DNA from: Solirubrobacterales bacterium
GTDB lineage: Bacteria; Actinomycetota; Thermoleophilia; Solirubrobacterales; 70-9
Direction of reading: 5' to 3'
Assembly (NCBI GenBank): GCA_036259555.1
Contig: DATABM010000117.1
Span: 1-57,031, forward strand
DNA length: 57,031 nucleotides
Position numbers and translations under genes: made by a program. The notes beneath the pieces are model-generated. The model did no database searches, was not told the DNA's origin, and worked only from the letters and a program-made list of their open reading frames with translations. Shown here in pieces: positions 55,309 to 57,031 of this stretch (its first letter is position 1; each line of letters starts with the position of its first letter).

Positions 55309-55662
55309 CTATGCCTCAGCGGTGCGACCGCGCATCCGGTTGACGAGCTGGCGGGTCCTGTAGCGCTTGCGTCGCAGATCGCGGTGCTTCTTGACCTGGC
55401 GACTGATGTCGCCGGCCAGCTCGTGAATCGTGTGGCCCATCGAGGGCGAGCACTCCTTTGCATGAAGCGTGACGCCCTTGACCCGCAGCGTCGCCTCCGC
55501 GACCTGGCTGTCCGCGATCGACGGGTTGCGCTCTTCCCAGACGACGACCTCCAGCGTGGCAAGGTCCGAGACCTGCCTGCCGACGCGCTGGAACCGATCG
55601 ACCACCCGGCTTCTCAGCTCGTCGTCAATGTCGACGTTGCGCCCACGCACCTCGATCCGCAT
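55309..55662 (-). CDS. hpf: Ribosome hibernation promoting factor (short HPF/RaiA type)
   Basis: 117 aa from the ATG at 55662 (GGAGG RBS): MRIEVRGRNVDIDDELR... with sigma-54-modulation-protein/S30EA fold strings. The upstream part of the ORF is treated as spurious. Confidence 0.9.
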   Translation of the reverse strand: MRIEVRGRNVDIDDELRSRVVDRFQRVGRQVSDLATLEVVVWEERNPSIADSQVAEATLRVKGVTLHAKECSPSMGHTIHELAGDISRQVKKHRDLRRKRYRTRQLVNRMRGRTAEA

Positions 55663-55691
55663 GTGTCGCCTCCTTCGTCGGGGTGCCAACG

Positions 55692-55720
55692 ATGCTACGC
55701 CCGAGCGGCGATCACGACAA
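55692..55720 (-). promoter_or_regulatory. Candidate promoter of hpf
   Basis: On the minus strand: TTGTCG (55720-55715), 17 nt spacer, TAGCAT (55697-55692), about 30 nt upstream of the hpf ATG. Confidence 0.3.
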
Positions 55721-55896
55721 GGGTTTTTGCGATTGACCGAGGGCGATGATCCAAGCCGCTCTCTTCGAGGCTTTTTGTATGTATGCCTACTGGCTACATA
55801 ACGCTTACCTTTGCCCAAGAGTCGCTTCGATCGCCGCTGGTCGACTCGCTCCGGAACCGTCGGCGGCAGAGCTGAGTGACCGTGGAACCGCACCAG

Positions 55897-56514
55897 CTAG
55901 AGCTCGAGAAGGCGCACGGCCGGCATAGTCGCGCCTACCACGGCAACGGCGGCGGCGAAGCCAGCGACGACGTCGATCCCGGTCACGGTCGTCTCGATCG
56001 CCGGCAGCGTCTCTCCAACCCCGATCCCGAGGCACTTGGCGCGGGCCTCCCGGCGCGTCCATGCCGCGTAGAAGGCGTTCGCGCGCTCGGGCGGAGGGGC
56101 GGTCGCAAGCGCCGCGGCGGCCTCAGGGTCGAACAGTCGCCGGGCGAGCCGTTCGACGGGCCGGCTCGAGTCAATCCGCTCGACGTCGACGCCGACCTCC
56201 AGGCCGGCGACCGCGATCAGCGCCACGTCACCCGAATGGCTGAGGCTGAAATGCGGCGAGTCGACCTCGTCGGCGAGGCGCGGTTTGCCACCCTCGGCAA
56301 CCCGCAGCCCGATCGCCGCGGGCTCGCGGTCGAGGTAGCCGGAGAGGATCCGGCGCAGCCCCCAGCGACTCGCGACCCAACGCCTACGGGCGCCTGCCGG
56401 GAGGATCCGCTCCGCCCGCGACCGCTCGCCGGCGGGCAAATCGCCCGCTGGCGGCCAGTCGTGCCGGTCCAGCTCGACCCTCCAGACATGCACCTCGCCA
56501 GGCGACACGACCAC
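55897..56514 (-). CDS. 4'-phosphopantetheinyl transferase (Sfp-type)
   Basis: Strings FSLSHSGDVALIAVA...GVDVERI and FYAAWTRREARAKCLG. I prefer the GTG at 56514. The ORF is open to the ATG at 56595, but that start would overlap comF by 62 nt. Confidence 0.75.
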   Translation of the reverse strand: MVVSPGEVHVWRVELDRHDWPPAGDLPAGERSRAERILPAGARRRWVASRWGLRRILSGYLDREPAAIGLRVAEGGKPRLADEVDSPHFSLSHSGDVALIAVAGLEVGVDVERIDSSRPVERLARRLFDPEAAAALATAPPPERANAFYAAWTRREARAKCLGIGVGETLPAIETTVTGIDVVAGFAAAVAVVGATMPAVRLLEL

Positions 56515-56533
56515 AAGATAGGCGAGCGCCTCG

Positions 56534-57031
56534 CTAGGGGCGGCGCGTAAAGGTGACTGCCACGACCCGCAGGGCGCCGGCGGCGCGCAGAGCACGGGCG
56601 CAGGCGGTCAGGGTCGCGCCGGTCGTCAGCACGTCGTCGACCAGCAGGACGCTGCGCGGCACGGCGCCCCGAACCGCGACCGGCGGCGGCTGGCCGATCC
56701 GCTCGGCGCGCCGCCTGCCACGCTGACGCCCGACTCCGCTACGCCGCAGGCACTGCGCGAGCGGCAGGCCGGTGCGTGCGGCGAGGGCCGCGGCGATCTC
56801 GGCAGCCGGATCGAACCCACGGGCGAACGAGCGGACCGGAGCCGTCGGCACCGGGACGACGGCGCCGCTGAGCAGCGTCGCGGGCGCCAGCCAGAGAATG
56901 CGGTCGGCGATCAGGTCCGCGACCGGCAGGAGGCGATGGAACTTGAGCGCGGCGACGAGGTCGCGGGCGACCCCCTCGTGCGGCGCTGACGACCAGGCGC
57001 GGTCGAGGCCCGGCGGGCCGCCCCCCCCAAA
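56534..57031 (-). CDS. ComF family phosphoribosyltransferase-fold protein (5' end runs off the window)
   Basis: PRT motif VLLVDDVLTTGATL. The same frame stays open to position 57031 (…HEGVARDLVAALKFHRLLPVADL…). Confidence 0.75.
   Translation of the reverse strand, partial: FGGGGPPGLDRAWSSAPHEGVARDLVAALKFHRLLPVADLIADRILWLAPATLLSGAVVPVPTAPVRSFARGFDPAAEIAAALAARTGLPLAQCLRRSGVGRQRGRRRAERIGQPPPVAVRGAVPRSVLLVDDVLTTGATLTACARALRAAGALRVVAVTFTRRP

Overview
This is a chromosomal window from a very GC-rich genome (about 70% by eye). It looks like Actinomycetota: it has an Rpf-type transglycosylase, Rv3654c-type TadE-like proteins, VapBC, frequent GTG/TTG starts and many 4-nt ATGA gene overlaps. Any class-level placement, such as Thermoleophilia or Rubrobacteria, is a guess. 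I call about 70 protein genes, 2 pseudogene relics and 1 tmRNA, and found no rRNA, tRNA or CRISPR. Most of the window is housekeeping: hsp20; the glycolytic operon gap-pgk-tpiA-gpmI; an ABC-2 exporter; rapZ-uvrC; a phosphate super-cluster (uppP, response regulator, pstSCAB, phoU, DUF47, pit); purU; an ABC-F ATPase; a division/trans-translation block (ftsEX, ctp, rnr, smpB, a coiled-coil HhH protein, ssrA); tkt; nadA and nadC; an ECF sigma factor coupled to ogt; and prfB (programmed +1 frameshift), secA, hpf, a PPTase and comF. The accessory part lies at 11.6-16.9 kb. (i) A 1.3-kb islet with low GC at third codon positions carries a Doc toxin, a tiny basic ORF and a 189-aa orphan. It sits at the 3' end of a MaoC gene between 192-bp diverged direct repeats, with no recombinase gene. 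(ii) A vapBC pair. (iii) A four-gene, translationally coupled TadE-like operon. Its last protein fuses a pseudopilin-like anchor to a VanY/M15 peptidase domain and an SLT lytic transglycosylase domain, and no Tad ATPase, platform or pilin gene is nearby. Other points worth a second look are three long spacer-spanning inverted repeats (pgk/tpiA, upstream of uppP, downstream of secA), a purU whose ACT domain has no canonical start codon, and an internally deleted P450 relic. All functional calls come from motif recognition by eye. No database search was run.
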